Shown: positions 26,470 through 35,810, counted from the stretch's first letter. The stretch is 64,000 bases of DNA from an uncultured Pseudomonadota bacterium (GCA_964620245.1 CAZUJC010000001.1:436-64435); one strand, 5' to 3'. The notes: a model not told the origin generated them from the sequence alone. Numbers and translations are program-made.

Positions 26470-27867
26470 ATGAATAGAAAATTTTTGTTGTTCGCTTTTT
26501 TTTCGTCTTCTCTGCTCACTATGGAAAATAAACAACTGCCTAATCAGCTTACACAATTAAGTTTGAATAACTCACAGAATGTTGTTGCTGAATTTAAACA
26601 ACGAAGAAACACGTTGGTTAATCTCGTTACACACAAGTATAAAGAACCTGGTCCATGCGTCTTTTTTGCAAGTTTTGATAATGATGCTCGAATAGTCAAG
26701 CAAGAAAGTTCGTTTTATTATTTAACCGGTCTTGAAAATCCGGGCCTTATACTCATGCTCAATCACAACAAATCAACTATTTTTGGTCCACAATATTTAC
26801 GAGACCCGTTACTATGGACTGATCATCCACTGATAACAGAAGAAACAATTCATAATGCAGGGTTTGATGATTATGTCTATTTAGGAAAACCAATCGAACC
26901 TGGCACTACCTCTACATTGTGTAATAATGCAGAAGAATTTACGAATTTAATTAATTCATTAAAACAGTCGATTCAAGAAAAACAAAAAATCTATTCACTC
27001 AATTCGGCCCACGAAGGGCATTGCACTGAACATATTTCCTTTTTGCGCCATTTGATGAATCACGTGCCAGCAATGACAAGCTCAGTCGAAAATATTTTTG
27101 ATATTGTTGCACGCATGCGCCGAACAAAATCAGATTACGAAATCAAGAAAATGCAAAATTCGATCGACCTGTCAATAAAAGCATTCAATAGTGTTGCTGC
27201 AATCATAAAACCTGGTTTGCGAGAAACGATATTGAAAGCAGAATTTGAATCGGTGTTGACCCAAGATGGAGCCGGAACTGCATATTACCCGATTGTTTCC
27301 TCTGGCGACACTATTCACCTTCTTCACCCACAACCAAAATCGTATCGTACTTTGCAAAATGGTGATCTGGTATTAATTGATGCTGGCGCACAATTAGATT
27401 ATTATTGCGCTGATTTAACTCGTATTTTCCCTATTAGCGGCACATTCACTGAGCGTCAAAAAGAAATCTACAATCTTGTATTAGCAACACAACAGGTTTT
27501 GGCAGCTGCTGCAAAACCTGGCATGTGGATTCGCAATAAAAATGAACCCGAAAAATCATTAGATCACATTGCTGCCAACTATTTAAAAGAAAATGGTGGT
27601 TATGATTCACATTTACCCCATGGTGTAAGCCATTTTCTGGGCTTAGATGTGCATGATGTTGGTAATTGGGAAGAACCTCTAAGAAAAGGCGATGTAATTA
27701 CTATCGAACCTGGAATTTATATCCCCGAAGAAAAAATTGGCATACGGATTGAAGATAATTATGTTATTACACAAGATGGTGTACGTTGCTTGAGCGCAGA
27801 ACTTCCAAAAACGGTTGACGAAATCGAAGCGTGGCTTGAAAAAAACAAAACAAGCAACATCCAATAG
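26470..27867 (+). CDS. Xaa-Pro aminopeptidase (M24B) with an N-terminal signal peptide
   Basis: M24B metal-ligand contexts LIDAGAQLDYYCADLTR, HGVSHFLGLDVHD, ITIEPGIY and IRIEDNYVIT. The N-terminus MNRKFLLFAFFSSSLLT is signal-like. ATG at 26470. Confidence 0.8.
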   Translation: MNRKFLLFAFFSSSLLTMENKQLPNQLTQLSLNNSQNVVAEFKQRRNTLVNLVTHKYKEPGPCVFFASFDNDARIVKQESSFYYLTGLENPGLILMLNHNKSTIFGPQYLRDPLLWTDHPLITEETIHNAGFDDYVYLGKPIEPGTTSTLCNNAEEFTNLINSLKQSIQEKQKIYSLNSAHEGHCTEHISFLRHLMNHVPAMTSSVENIFDIVARMRRTKSDYEIKKMQNSIDLSIKAFNSVAAIIKPGLRETILKAEFESVLTQDGAGTAYYPIVSSGDTIHLLHPQPKSYRTLQNGDLVLIDAGAQLDYYCADLTRIFPISGTFTERQKEIYNLVLATQQVLAAAAKPGMWIRNKNEPEKSLDHIAANYLKENGGYDSHLPHGVSHFLGLDVHDVGNWEEPLRKGDVITIEPGIYIPEEKIGIRIEDNYVITQDGVRCLSAELPKTVDEIEAWLEKNKTSNIQ

Positions 27868-27880
27868 CTCAAAAATGCAA

Positions 27881-27916
27881 TGTGGTACCTAGATAGAAAA
27901 ATATCTAAGTACCACA
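27881..27916. terminator. Hairpin between convergent genes (likely bidirectional terminator)
   Basis: TGTGGTACCTAGATA (27881-27895) pairs with TATCTAAGTACCACA (27902-27916), a 15-bp stem with one mismatch and a 6-nt loop. On the minus strand it is followed by TTGCATTTTTG. Confidence 0.5.
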
Positions 27917-27936
27917 TCAAATAATTTAATTGATGC

Positions 27937-28344
27937 TTATTTTTTCTTTTTATTTGCAATAAGCTCAACAAAATCATATGAAACTTGTGGCTGCGAAACC
28001 AGTATAGCACCTATCGCTGCCGAACCGCCACCGTGTTGTAGCCAAATACCAGGAATGCTCTGAATTTCATTATGCAAATTTGTCAACAAGGGATAATTGA
28101 TTGGTTGACCTGGTATCGCATACACACCCCATTTTTCACCAGTTGTATCTAGAAAGAAACCGATTTTGGGCCAGCCATTAAGTGGCGGTTGATATGCTTT
28201 GACAACAACTTGGCCACTATTGTAAGCGCTCATAAATATATCGGTAAGCGCTTGCCTTTGCTCCATGCTATTTAGCCGAGCGCCGGCACAGAACAATACA
28301 CCTACCAAAATCTTAGAAACATTATTCATCGCTTGCCCTTTCAT
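27937..28344 (-). CDS. Secreted hypothetical protein
   Basis: 135-aa ORF with signal-like NNVSKILVGVLFCAGARLNS. An alternative ATG at 28329 has the better SD (AAAGGG). Confidence 0.55.
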   Translation of the reverse strand: MKGQAMNNVSKILVGVLFCAGARLNSMEQRQALTDIFMSAYNSGQVVVKAYQPPLNGWPKIGFFLDTTGEKWGVYAIPGQPINYPLLTNLHNEIQSIPGIWLQHGGGSAAIGAILVSQPQVSYDFVELIANKKKK

Positions 28345-28434
28345 TGGCTTTTATCTCTTAACACCATACGTCATCAATCATATTTGAACGGGGATACACA
28401 ACAAAGAAGTGTACTAGACATTAAATCTACGTAC

Positions 28435-28476
28435 AAAAAATTATCCCCTATCCAGACAGAACGTCGTGGACAGGGG
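28435..28476 (-). terminator. Candidate rho-independent terminator of the ferredoxin-ligase-GT4 operon
   Basis: On the minus strand, CCCCTGTCCA...TGGATAGGGG forms a 10-bp stem including one G-U pair (28445-28476), followed by ATAATTTTTT. It lies about 135 nt after the GT4 stop. Confidence 0.45.
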
Positions 28477-28610
28477 AAATGGAGGTTATCATCTTCAAAA
28501 CTTTTTAGTATCTTTCAAAAAAGAGTACCCCAACAACAGGCAAAAAGCAAATTTTTCACCTCGGCCACGCCACGAAACGTCTTCTTCTTTTGTTGTAACA
28601 GATTTTTATA

Positions 28611-29738
28611 TCAATTTGCAATATTATTTTTTTTATCGATAAAAGAATAATACATTTTTTTATATTGATCTACCATCGTTTCAAGCGCAAAATCATTTTC
28701 TATTCGAGCCCGTGCTGCAACTCCATAGCTTTCACGCAAAGAGCGATTTTTGATCATAATTTTGAGCGCATTATACAGTTCACCTTCGCTTTGTGCAGGA
28801 ACAATACACCCATTTTTTTTATTTTCGATAACATCATGAATCGGCTCGCTGTTTGTTACCACGCATGCACGCTCACAACTCATCGCTTCAAGAAGCGCAA
28901 CCGAAATTCCTTCTTTGGCAGATGTTTGGACAAAACAATCAAAAAGCGGGTAATAGCCGTATGCTTTTTGGTCAACAATAAACCGTACCTGCTTAGAAAT
29001 GTTCAATTTGTCAGCGTATGCACGCAATTCTTGTTCCTGCGGACCGCTACCAACCAACACTAATCGAGCGGCAGGAAAATCCCGCAAAATGCGCGCAAAA
29101 ACCGTTAACAAAAAGTGATAATTCTTAACTGGCACAAACCTACCAACACTCCCAATTACAAAATGATCCCGGGCTAATCTCAAGTGCTCGCGTACAATTG
29201 TAAATTCCTGCGCACGTGCGCGTACTGCGGCAGCATCGATTCCATTTTTTATAACCATGACGCGCGCTGAGGGCAAAAAACGATAGGTACCCATAGTGCG
29301 CACAATACCTTCAGAAACAGAAACTATTTCATCGGCTAACCATAATGAAAGCGCATCAATAATATTACGAACCGTACCATTTTGATCATTGTTGTTATGC
29401 AACGCACAAATAACAGGAATTTTGGTGATTCTGCCTACAATCCGTGCCACCACATTAGCCGCCCATAACGATGCATGAATACAATTAGGTTTTTCTTTTT
29501 TGATAATCCGATACAAACGAACAAAAAAAACCGGATCAAACAAGCACACAGCACCACGCAGATGATACAGCGGTATGCCCAAGGTCCTGAGTGATTCGAT
29601 CATAGGCCCAGGATGAATAAAAACTACCACCTGTTGAATGTTTTTTGTATTCAGCTGTTCAACCAAATCGCACAAAAGCGTCTCAGCTCCGCCCATTTTT
29701 AAACTGGAAATGATGTGCATAACTTTGAGTGTTTGCAC
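28611..29738 (-). CDS. Glycosyltransferase family 4 (GT-B)
   Basis: N-terminal MHIISSLKMGGAE and C-terminal SAKEGISVALLEAMSCERACVVTN. The start is either GTG 29738 (1-nt overlap with the ligase stop) or ATG 29720. Confidence 0.8.
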   Translation of the reverse strand: MQTLKVMHIISSLKMGGAETLLCDLVEQLNTKNIQQVVVFIHPGPMIESLRTLGIPLYHLRGAVCLFDPVFFVRLYRIIKKEKPNCIHASLWAANVVARIVGRITKIPVICALHNNNDQNGTVRNIIDALSLWLADEIVSVSEGIVRTMGTYRFLPSARVMVIKNGIDAAAVRARAQEFTIVREHLRLARDHFVIGSVGRFVPVKNYHFLLTVFARILRDFPAARLVLVGSGPQEQELRAYADKLNISKQVRFIVDQKAYGYYPLFDCFVQTSAKEGISVALLEAMSCERACVVTNSEPIHDVIENKKNGCIVPAQSEGELYNALKIMIKNRSLRESYGVAARARIENDFALETMVDQYKKMYYSFIDKKNNIAN

Positions 29739-31318
29739 TAATTACTATCTTTCATGGATTGATTTGAAAGCTCTACCCGCAATTTCTTTTTATCTACTTT
29801 GCCAAGTGCGGTCATGGGCAGATCGTCCAGCACAAAAAAGGTACGTGGAATTTTGTACGGAGCTAAATGCTGCGAGCACAAAACTTTCAGTTGTTGTTCT
29901 ATACCCGAAACTGCTTCGCGAAGTGCAACAAATGCAACTGGAATCTCTCCGATCGATTCATCTTTTTTACCAATAACAGCTACTTTTATGACAGCTGGAT
30001 GCTGCATCAGTATGTTTTCAATTTCTTGGGGATAAATAATCAGCCCTTTGTTTTTGATAATGTCACGTTCGCGCCCGTAAATTACCAAACGACCTGATCT
30101 ATCAAAATAGGCGCAATCACCGGTATTAAGCCATCCATCTTGAAGAACAGCATTTGTTTGCTGCTCATCTTGATAGTACCCTTTCATGACGTTATCACCC
30201 TTAACCCACAAAATTCCTTTTAAACCAAACGATACCTCTTTACTATTATCACCCCGAATTGAGCATGAAATACCTGGGGCAGGAACACCTACGGTATTAG
30301 GTGCACACAATTCATCATCAAAATTAATTGCAATCAAAGGCGACGTTTCTGTCATGCCATAGCCGCTACAAATCCTACGCCGATAAATAAGCTCGAACCC
30401 CATTCTAATTTTGTCCGGCAGTGCATCGCCCCCTGAAATAAAATAGCGAACCGACCCAAATGGAATTGAACGCATCAAACAAAAAAGGCCGTACAACGCT
30501 GGAACACCAAGCACAATTGTTGGTTGGTGGCGCAATCCCTGTAAAATCAATTTTCTATCAATTTTAGGCACAACAACAATAGCAGCGCCTACAAAAAAAT
30601 TGCCCCATACGCACGCCAACTGTGCAAAACTATGAAAAAGTGGCAAAACGCCAAATATGCGATCTTGAGATGTTACATCAATAGAGGCCATTCCCTGAGC
30701 AATATTGGTAAGAATATTGCGCGAACTCAACATAACCCCTTTTGGTACACCCGTTGTTCCGGAAGTATACAACAATGCTGCCACTTGGTCGGGAGCACGT
30801 TTGGGTATTATTAAACTTTCAATTTCCTGCGAACTTGCTGGTTGCAATGTTGCCAACTGCGACTCGGTAATCATGGGTGGAATGTGGTTACTAATCAATT
30901 GTATTTTCTGAGCAAGCTGATCCGATGCAATCACCACAACTGGTTGCGCGTCATCCAAAATGTGCTGAATTTCTTTTTCATGTAAAAACGTGTTGAGTGG
31001 TATTACCACCGCACCTGTTTGCCAAGCACCATAATAACTTACATAAAATTCAACCGAATTTTCAAACGCAATGCAAACCCGATCACCAGGATTCACATTC
31101 ATTGCTTTGAGTTTATTGGTAACAGCAACGGCACGAGCACACAATTGTCTAAATGACACGGTCTCTTGATCAGTAATTAAAGCGGGACGATTCGAATACT
31201 TGTTTGCAGCAAAGTGAAGTAAGCTACCGGCATATTGATAACTTTTTTCACCCAACAGTGTTTCGTGATAAAATTCAAATCTTTTTAATGAAGCTTTTGT
31301 TCGCCGCTGCATTTTCAT
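29738..31318 (-). CDS. AMP-dependent synthetase/ligase (acyl-CoA or acyl-ACP synthetase family)
   Basis: Adenylation motifs LLYTSGTTGVPKGVML, GYGMTET and TGDCAYFDRSGRLVIYGRERDIIKNKG, plus the C-terminal lysine context LGKVDKKKL. ATGA overlap with the upstream ferredoxin. Confidence 0.85.
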   Translation of the reverse strand: MKMQRRTKASLKRFEFYHETLLGEKSYQYAGSLLHFAANKYSNRPALITDQETVSFRQLCARAVAVTNKLKAMNVNPGDRVCIAFENSVEFYVSYYGAWQTGAVVIPLNTFLHEKEIQHILDDAQPVVVIASDQLAQKIQLISNHIPPMITESQLATLQPASSQEIESLIIPKRAPDQVAALLYTSGTTGVPKGVMLSSRNILTNIAQGMASIDVTSQDRIFGVLPLFHSFAQLACVWGNFFVGAAIVVVPKIDRKLILQGLRHQPTIVLGVPALYGLFCLMRSIPFGSVRYFISGGDALPDKIRMGFELIYRRRICSGYGMTETSPLIAINFDDELCAPNTVGVPAPGISCSIRGDNSKEVSFGLKGILWVKGDNVMKGYYQDEQQTNAVLQDGWLNTGDCAYFDRSGRLVIYGRERDIIKNKGLIIYPQEIENILMQHPAVIKVAVIGKKDESIGEIPVAFVALREAVSGIEQQLKVLCSQHLAPYKIPRTFFVLDDLPMTALGKVDKKKLRVELSNQSMKDSN

Positions 31319-31500
31319 TCCTCACACTCTATAACGTCAACTGGACATGCCAGAACAGCATCTTTAATTGATTGCGTATGAACTTTTAAATCAACATTAT
31401 TTTTAACATGGCAAATATTGGTTACTTCAAAAACTGCGGGGGCAATGAATTCACAAGCACCACAGGTAATGCAACCAGGATTAATAACTACTTTTTTCAT
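31315..31500 (-). CDS. Small single-cluster ferredoxin
   Basis: 61 aa. CITCGACEFIAP...ACPVDVIE gives a Cx2Cx2C...CP ligand pattern. AAGGA SD upstream. Confidence 0.8.
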   Translation of the reverse strand: MKKVVINPGCITCGACEFIAPAVFEVTNICHVKNNVDLKVHTQSIKDAVLACPVDVIECEE

Positions 31501-31600
31501 ACCTAAAATTCCTTATGAGGCACAAGACACCGATCTGAAGTTGCGCTATACTTACCATAAAGTTTTTTTTACGATTTATCAAAAACATTACAGCCCAAGG

Positions 31601-32257
31601 ATGAATATGCCTCAGTTGAGTCGTGGCATTTTAATAGCAGTAGAAGGAATCGATGGTTCGGGTAAAACAACCTTGATCAATCAACTTGCTGATCATTTTG
31701 GGCAATTAAACCTTCCTGTTCTCAAAACACGTGAACCTGGTGGCAGCCAACTTGGCCAATCGCTGCGTGAATTGTTGCAACATCGCACCTATGATATTTG
31801 TCCCGTTGCCGAGTTTTTACTTTTTGCTGCAGACCGGGCTCAACATATGAATGAAATTATTATCCCAGCATTAAATAACAATAAGATGGTGATTTCTGAT
31901 CGCATGAGTGATTCGTCGCTTGTCTATCAAGGATATGGTAAAGGGGTCGATCTTGAAATGATCAACACGGTCAATCAATGGGCAATGCAAAATAGAAAAC
32001 CTGATCTCACCTGCTATCTGCGCACGCACCCTGATGTCGCGCAAAAAAGAGTGCACAAACGCGCAGAAACATTGACCGCCTTTGAAAAAGAATCAAACAA
32101 TTTCACTCAAAAATTAATTGTTGGATTTGAAACACTCTACAAAAACAGCGAAGCGGTAATTGTTCTTGAAGGTGCAGATTCGCCCAAATCTATTGCAAAC
32201 AGCGCTTTCACCCAAATTAAAAATTGGCTCGTTAATAATCAACTACTGGTTTTATGA
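31601..32257 (+). CDS. tmk: Thymidylate kinase
   Basis: P-loop IAVEGIDGSGKTT, TREPGG and the DR(M/Y) motif ISDRMSDSSLVYQG. The ATG at 31601 follows AAGG. The ORF-track start at 31418 is an N-terminal extension that overlaps the ferredoxin gene. Confidence 0.9.
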   Translation: MNMPQLSRGILIAVEGIDGSGKTTLINQLADHFGQLNLPVLKTREPGGSQLGQSLRELLQHRTYDICPVAEFLLFAADRAQHMNEIIIPALNNNKMVISDRMSDSSLVYQGYGKGVDLEMINTVNQWAMQNRKPDLTCYLRTHPDVAQKRVHKRAETLTAFEKESNNFTQKLIVGFETLYKNSEAVIVLEGADSPKSIANSAFTQIKNWLVNNQLLVL

Positions 32258-33003
32258 ATAACACATTTCTTAATCATTCAACACACTTACTTATCGGCCC
32301 ACAAATCCAAACACGCGCATACATCATAAAATCTTTGCAACAGATCTGGTGCCCTCATAATGGGTGTGGTACATGCATAGTGTGCGATTCAATCGTGGCA
32401 CAACAACATCATGCACTCTTCTGGTTAACGCCAAACCCACACTATACGCTTGAGCAAATTGATTTACTTATTGATAAAACCGCGTTTACGCTTGAGCAAA
32501 ACAACTATTTTTTTTGCGTGGTTGAAAAAGCAGATTTTTTAACAACCGCCGCTGCAAATCGGCTTCTTAAAACATTAGAAGAACCCCCACGCGGTTATCA
32601 TTTTATTCTACAAACACAGCGAATTGAAGCCATTTTACCAACAATTGCCTCACGCTGCTTAATTACTCCTCTGTATTCTGATACATCGGTTCTGATTAAT
32701 CACCCAGTTGCTATCGTTTTTGTAGCGTTAGATCTTGCCCATCCCGATATTTTTTTAAAACTGATCGACGAACACGAACTGACCGATCGTGAAACAACTG
32801 AACTCATTGATCAACTGTTACATTATTGGCTCGAGCAAACAATTCATGACCAACACTCTGATTCATCAAAAAATAAATCTCACCTCATGAGCACGTTGCT
32901 CAAAGAAGCATTGAACACTCCACCAATGCCGGGCAGTAGTAAATTATTTTGGAAAAATCTTTTTTTAAAAACACATCAACAACTCGCTCATGCACGCAAC
33001 TGA
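32254..33003 (+). CDS. holB: DNA polymerase III delta' subunit
   Basis: Zn-module-like CGTCIVCDSI, the clamp-loader box AANRLLKTLEEPP and the SRC motif IASRCL. ATGA overlap with tmk. Confidence 0.8.
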   Translation: MNNTFLNHSTHLLIGPQIQTRAYIIKSLQQIWCPHNGCGTCIVCDSIVAQQHHALFWLTPNPHYTLEQIDLLIDKTAFTLEQNNYFFCVVEKADFLTTAAANRLLKTLEEPPRGYHFILQTQRIEAILPTIASRCLITPLYSDTSVLINHPVAIVFVALDLAHPDIFLKLIDEHELTDRETTELIDQLLHYWLEQTIHDQHSDSSKNKSHLMSTLLKEALNTPPMPGSSKLFWKNLFLKTHQQLAHARN

Positions 33004-33533
33004 TACGTAGCCAGCGTTGAATAAACTGGACCGTCAACAGATAGAACTGAACTGCGCAATAAAAATTCGCGTGCAATAAAACATTCGTTGAGTGGCGGAG
33101 TGTTGTGCAGATATAATTGTAATTGTTGGCGATCCGTGACCTTTTTAATGCGTGCAATAGTAAGATGACCGGCAAAAGAACGATTATCTAGTTTGATAAA
33201 ATCGATTAAGGATTGCTGAATCGCTTGCGAAAAAATCGATAATTGCGACGAAACGACATCGATCCACAACAAATGCGCATTTTCTAATGATGGATGAATG
33301 GTCAATGACGTAGCGCAGATTTCAAATGGCGCAAAAACGACTTCTTGCAATGCTTCTTGAATGCGTGGCAATTGGTCTACGTGCACATCACCAATAAATG
33401 CAACGGTAATGTGAATATTTTCTGGAGCTACAAAACGACCCTCAAAACAAGAGTGTTGTTTGAGTTCATTTTCAATTTCAACAATTTTTTCGCGAAGAGC
33501 TGGAGGTAACTCAATGCTAACAAACAATCTCAT
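32988..33533 (-). CDS. thpR: RNA 2',3'-cyclic phosphodiesterase (2H family, ThpR/LigT)
   Basis: Two HxT motifs at the expected spacing (HITVAFIG and HLTIARI). 181 aa. It is the last gene after rtcB. Confidence 0.8.
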   Translation of the reverse strand: MRLFVSIELPPALREKIVEIENELKQHSCFEGRFVAPENIHITVAFIGDVHVDQLPRIQEALQEVVFAPFEICATSLTIHPSLENAHLLWIDVVSSQLSIFSQAIQQSLIDFIKLDNRSFAGHLTIARIKKVTDRQQLQLYLHNTPPLNECFIAREFLLRSSVLSVDGPVYSTLATYQLRA

Positions 33534-33565
33534 GAAAATGTCCTCACTTTCATTATTACTCCCTG

Positions 33566-35020
33566 TTAACCACCTTTAATAACTGCAATCGGTTCTAATC
33601 GTGCAACTTTGCGTGCCAACTGTGCATTATGTACAACCTGCACAACTTCCTCAACATCTTTATATGCGGCCGGCGCTTCTTCAGCGAGTCCTGCTTCAGA
33701 ATCACAACGCACCACAATACCTTGTTTTTCCAATTGCCCACGTAACGCCGAACCGCGAATCATTTTTTTTGCTTGCATGCGAGACATTTTGCGACCAGCA
33801 CCGTGACAACAGCTTCCCAATGAAAGCTCCATTCCTTTGCTTGTTCCCACTAAAACATATGAAGCGGTCCCCATCGTTCCAGGAATCAATACTGGTTGTC
33901 CAATTGCATGATATTTTGCCGGTAGTTCTGCGCGGCCAGGACCAAATGAACGCGTCGCTCCTTTTCGATGCACTAATAATTCCAATTCGCTGCCATCGAC
34001 AACATGTTTTTCTTTTTTTCCAATGTTATGCGAAACATCATAGATCAAATTAAGTTGTGCGCTGCCCCCTAAAGTTTTTTGCCAACTCTCACGCACCCAG
34101 TGGCCAATTAAATGCCGATTTGCCCAAGCAAAATTTGACGCCGCTTGCATTGCAGCAAAATAGTTTTGTCCTTCTTGACTATTAAATGGTGCGCACACCA
34201 ATTCACGATCGGGCAACTCAATATTCCATTTGCGCATCATTGGTATAAAATCGCGAACATAGTCGGTACATGTTTGGTGCCCTAATCCGCGCGAACCACA
34301 GTGAATCATTATTGTTATTTGATTTTTTCGCAATCCCATTATCGAAGCAGCTTCTTGATCAAAAATTTCAACAACTTTTTGCACTTCTAAAAAATGATTT
34401 CCCGAACCAAGTGTACCGAGTTGATCGGCGCCACGCATTTTGGCTTTTTCTGAAACACGTTCCGGATCTGCACCGGTCATGCAACCGCGCTCTTCACAAA
34501 ATTCAATATCACTGCGTTCGCCATAACCTTTTTCAAGCAAATAACCAGCACCGTGAGCCAAAACATGCCCAAGCTCTTTTTCTTTCATTACTAATTTACC
34601 GCCTCGACCAACCCCAGAAGGAATTGCGTTAAATAGGGCAGTTGCCAGATCATCAAGACGTTTTTTTATTTCATCAAATTCAAGATTTGCTGCTAACAAT
34701 CGTACACCACAATTAATGTCGTAACCGATGCCACCGGGTGAAATAACACCGCCATGATCTATTGCTGTCGCAGCAACACCACCGATAGGAAATCCATATC
34801 CTTCATGAACATCCGGCATCGCAAATGCATAACCAACAATGCCGGGCAAAGTGGTCATATTAACCAATTGCCACAGCGAACGATCAACACCAATATCGGC
34901 CAACATTCGTTCTGTTGCAAAAATTCGAGCAGGCACGCGCATGTCAGATCGAAACGAGCGCGGGATTTCATACAAATACGGTTCAATTTTTATCAGCTGA
35001 GATCGATCAATTGCTTGCAT
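33566..35020 (-). CDS. rtcB: RNA-splicing/repair ligase RtcB
   Basis: RtcB signature blocks GYDINCGVR, GSGNHFLEVQ, HCGSRGLGHQ, VSHNIG and SCCHGAGR. Confidence 0.93.
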   Translation of the reverse strand: MQAIDRSQLIKIEPYLYEIPRSFRSDMRVPARIFATERMLADIGVDRSLWQLVNMTTLPGIVGYAFAMPDVHEGYGFPIGGVAATAIDHGGVISPGGIGYDINCGVRLLAANLEFDEIKKRLDDLATALFNAIPSGVGRGGKLVMKEKELGHVLAHGAGYLLEKGYGERSDIEFCEERGCMTGADPERVSEKAKMRGADQLGTLGSGNHFLEVQKVVEIFDQEAASIMGLRKNQITIMIHCGSRGLGHQTCTDYVRDFIPMMRKWNIELPDRELVCAPFNSQEGQNYFAAMQAASNFAWANRHLIGHWVRESWQKTLGGSAQLNLIYDVSHNIGKKEKHVVDGSELELLVHRKGATRSFGPGRAELPAKYHAIGQPVLIPGTMGTASYVLVGTSKGMELSLGSCCHGAGRKMSRMQAKKMIRGSALRGQLEKQGIVVRCDSEAGLAEEAPAAYKDVEEVVQVVHNAQLARKVARLEPIAVIKGG

Positions 35021-35035
35021 GAGTTCCCTTTTTAT

Positions 35036-35491
35036 CTAAATATCGAAAACGATTTCCACCATCCACAGCCCATTTTTCTGCTCAATCGCACATCCATAAT
35101 ACGTTACTGCTTTTATTTCAACAACATCAAAACGGTCGATAACAATGCCATGCAATGTGGCATCAAGATTCGTTGGTAAAAATTTATGAATAGTGACATC
35201 AAGATATGCTTCATTATAAACATCAGATAAATATAAAGCATGAGACAAAAAATCGATTAGAAGCTCATCTTTACTATATGACTGAATTGAAATAGGTCGC
35301 GCAACTGGCAGTTGAGGACATATGAGTTGATTGTTGCGACGCACGCACCCACGAGCCTGTGGACCAATACTTTGAAACATACCAATGAGTGCATAACGAA
35401 AAACGTCTTCGATCGTTTTACCGCACACACGAATTTTTAAATCTGCCGTATGCGGTAACATTTCATACCCATTGCCATGCTTCATACTCAT
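35036..35491 (-). CDS. Archease (RtcB activator)
   Basis: 151 aa with N-terminal YEMLPHTADLKIRVCGKTIEDVF and C-terminal EIKAVTYYG, both typical of archease. It sits directly upstream of rtcB. Confidence 0.85.
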   Translation of the reverse strand: MSMKHGNGYEMLPHTADLKIRVCGKTIEDVFRYALIGMFQSIGPQARGCVRRNNQLICPQLPVARPISIQSYSKDELLIDFLSHALYLSDVYNEAYLDVTIHKFLPTNLDATLHGIVIDRFDVVEIKAVTYYGCAIEQKNGLWMVEIVFDI

Positions 35492-35512
35492 CCTTTATTC
35501 GGACTAATTAAA

Positions 35513-35773
35513 TTACTGCCCCGGCTTTTTTGATTTTTGCACTGGTACTTGAGAAGGCTGATGATGATTACTATTCGAGTTTGAATTATAGTTTACGGCC
35601 ATACTTCCTTCATTAGGGGAATGATGTCCATTCATAAATGCACAACTTCCAGTTGGAACTGGAAGCATCTGTTCCAAATGAGCGTTGCCACTCAGACGCC
35701 TCGTTGTGTCACAAAATAAGTGCGATGCTTCAAAACAGCTCACCATAAAGAAACTAAAAAAAATAATCTTCAT
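35513..35773 (-). CDS. Small secreted Asn/Ser/His-rich hypothetical protein
   Basis: 86 aa with signal peptide MKIIFFSFFMVSCFEA and a low-complexity tail NYNSNSNSNHHQPSQ. It lies 21 nt upstream of the archease start on the same strand. Confidence 0.5.
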   Translation of the reverse strand: MKIIFFSFFMVSCFEASHLFCDTTRRLSGNAHLEQMLPVPTGSCAFMNGHHSPNEGSMAVNYNSNSNSNHHQPSQVPVQKSKKPGQ

Positions 35774-35810
35774 ATTTTTCTTTCTAGCAAGAATTGCTCA
35801 CTATTTTTAA

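Noticed and set aside
28333-28650. A 105-aa plus-strand ORF in the long spacer.
   Set aside because: It overlaps the starts or ends of both neighbouring minus-strand genes, has no RBS, and contains the hairpin/T-run that looks like a terminator on the other strand.
31418-31600. A 61-codon N-terminal extension of tmk in the ORF track.
   Set aside because: It overlaps the ferredoxin gene on the opposite strand. Thymidylate kinase families start a few residues before the P-loop, and the ATG at 31601 with AAGG upstream fits that.
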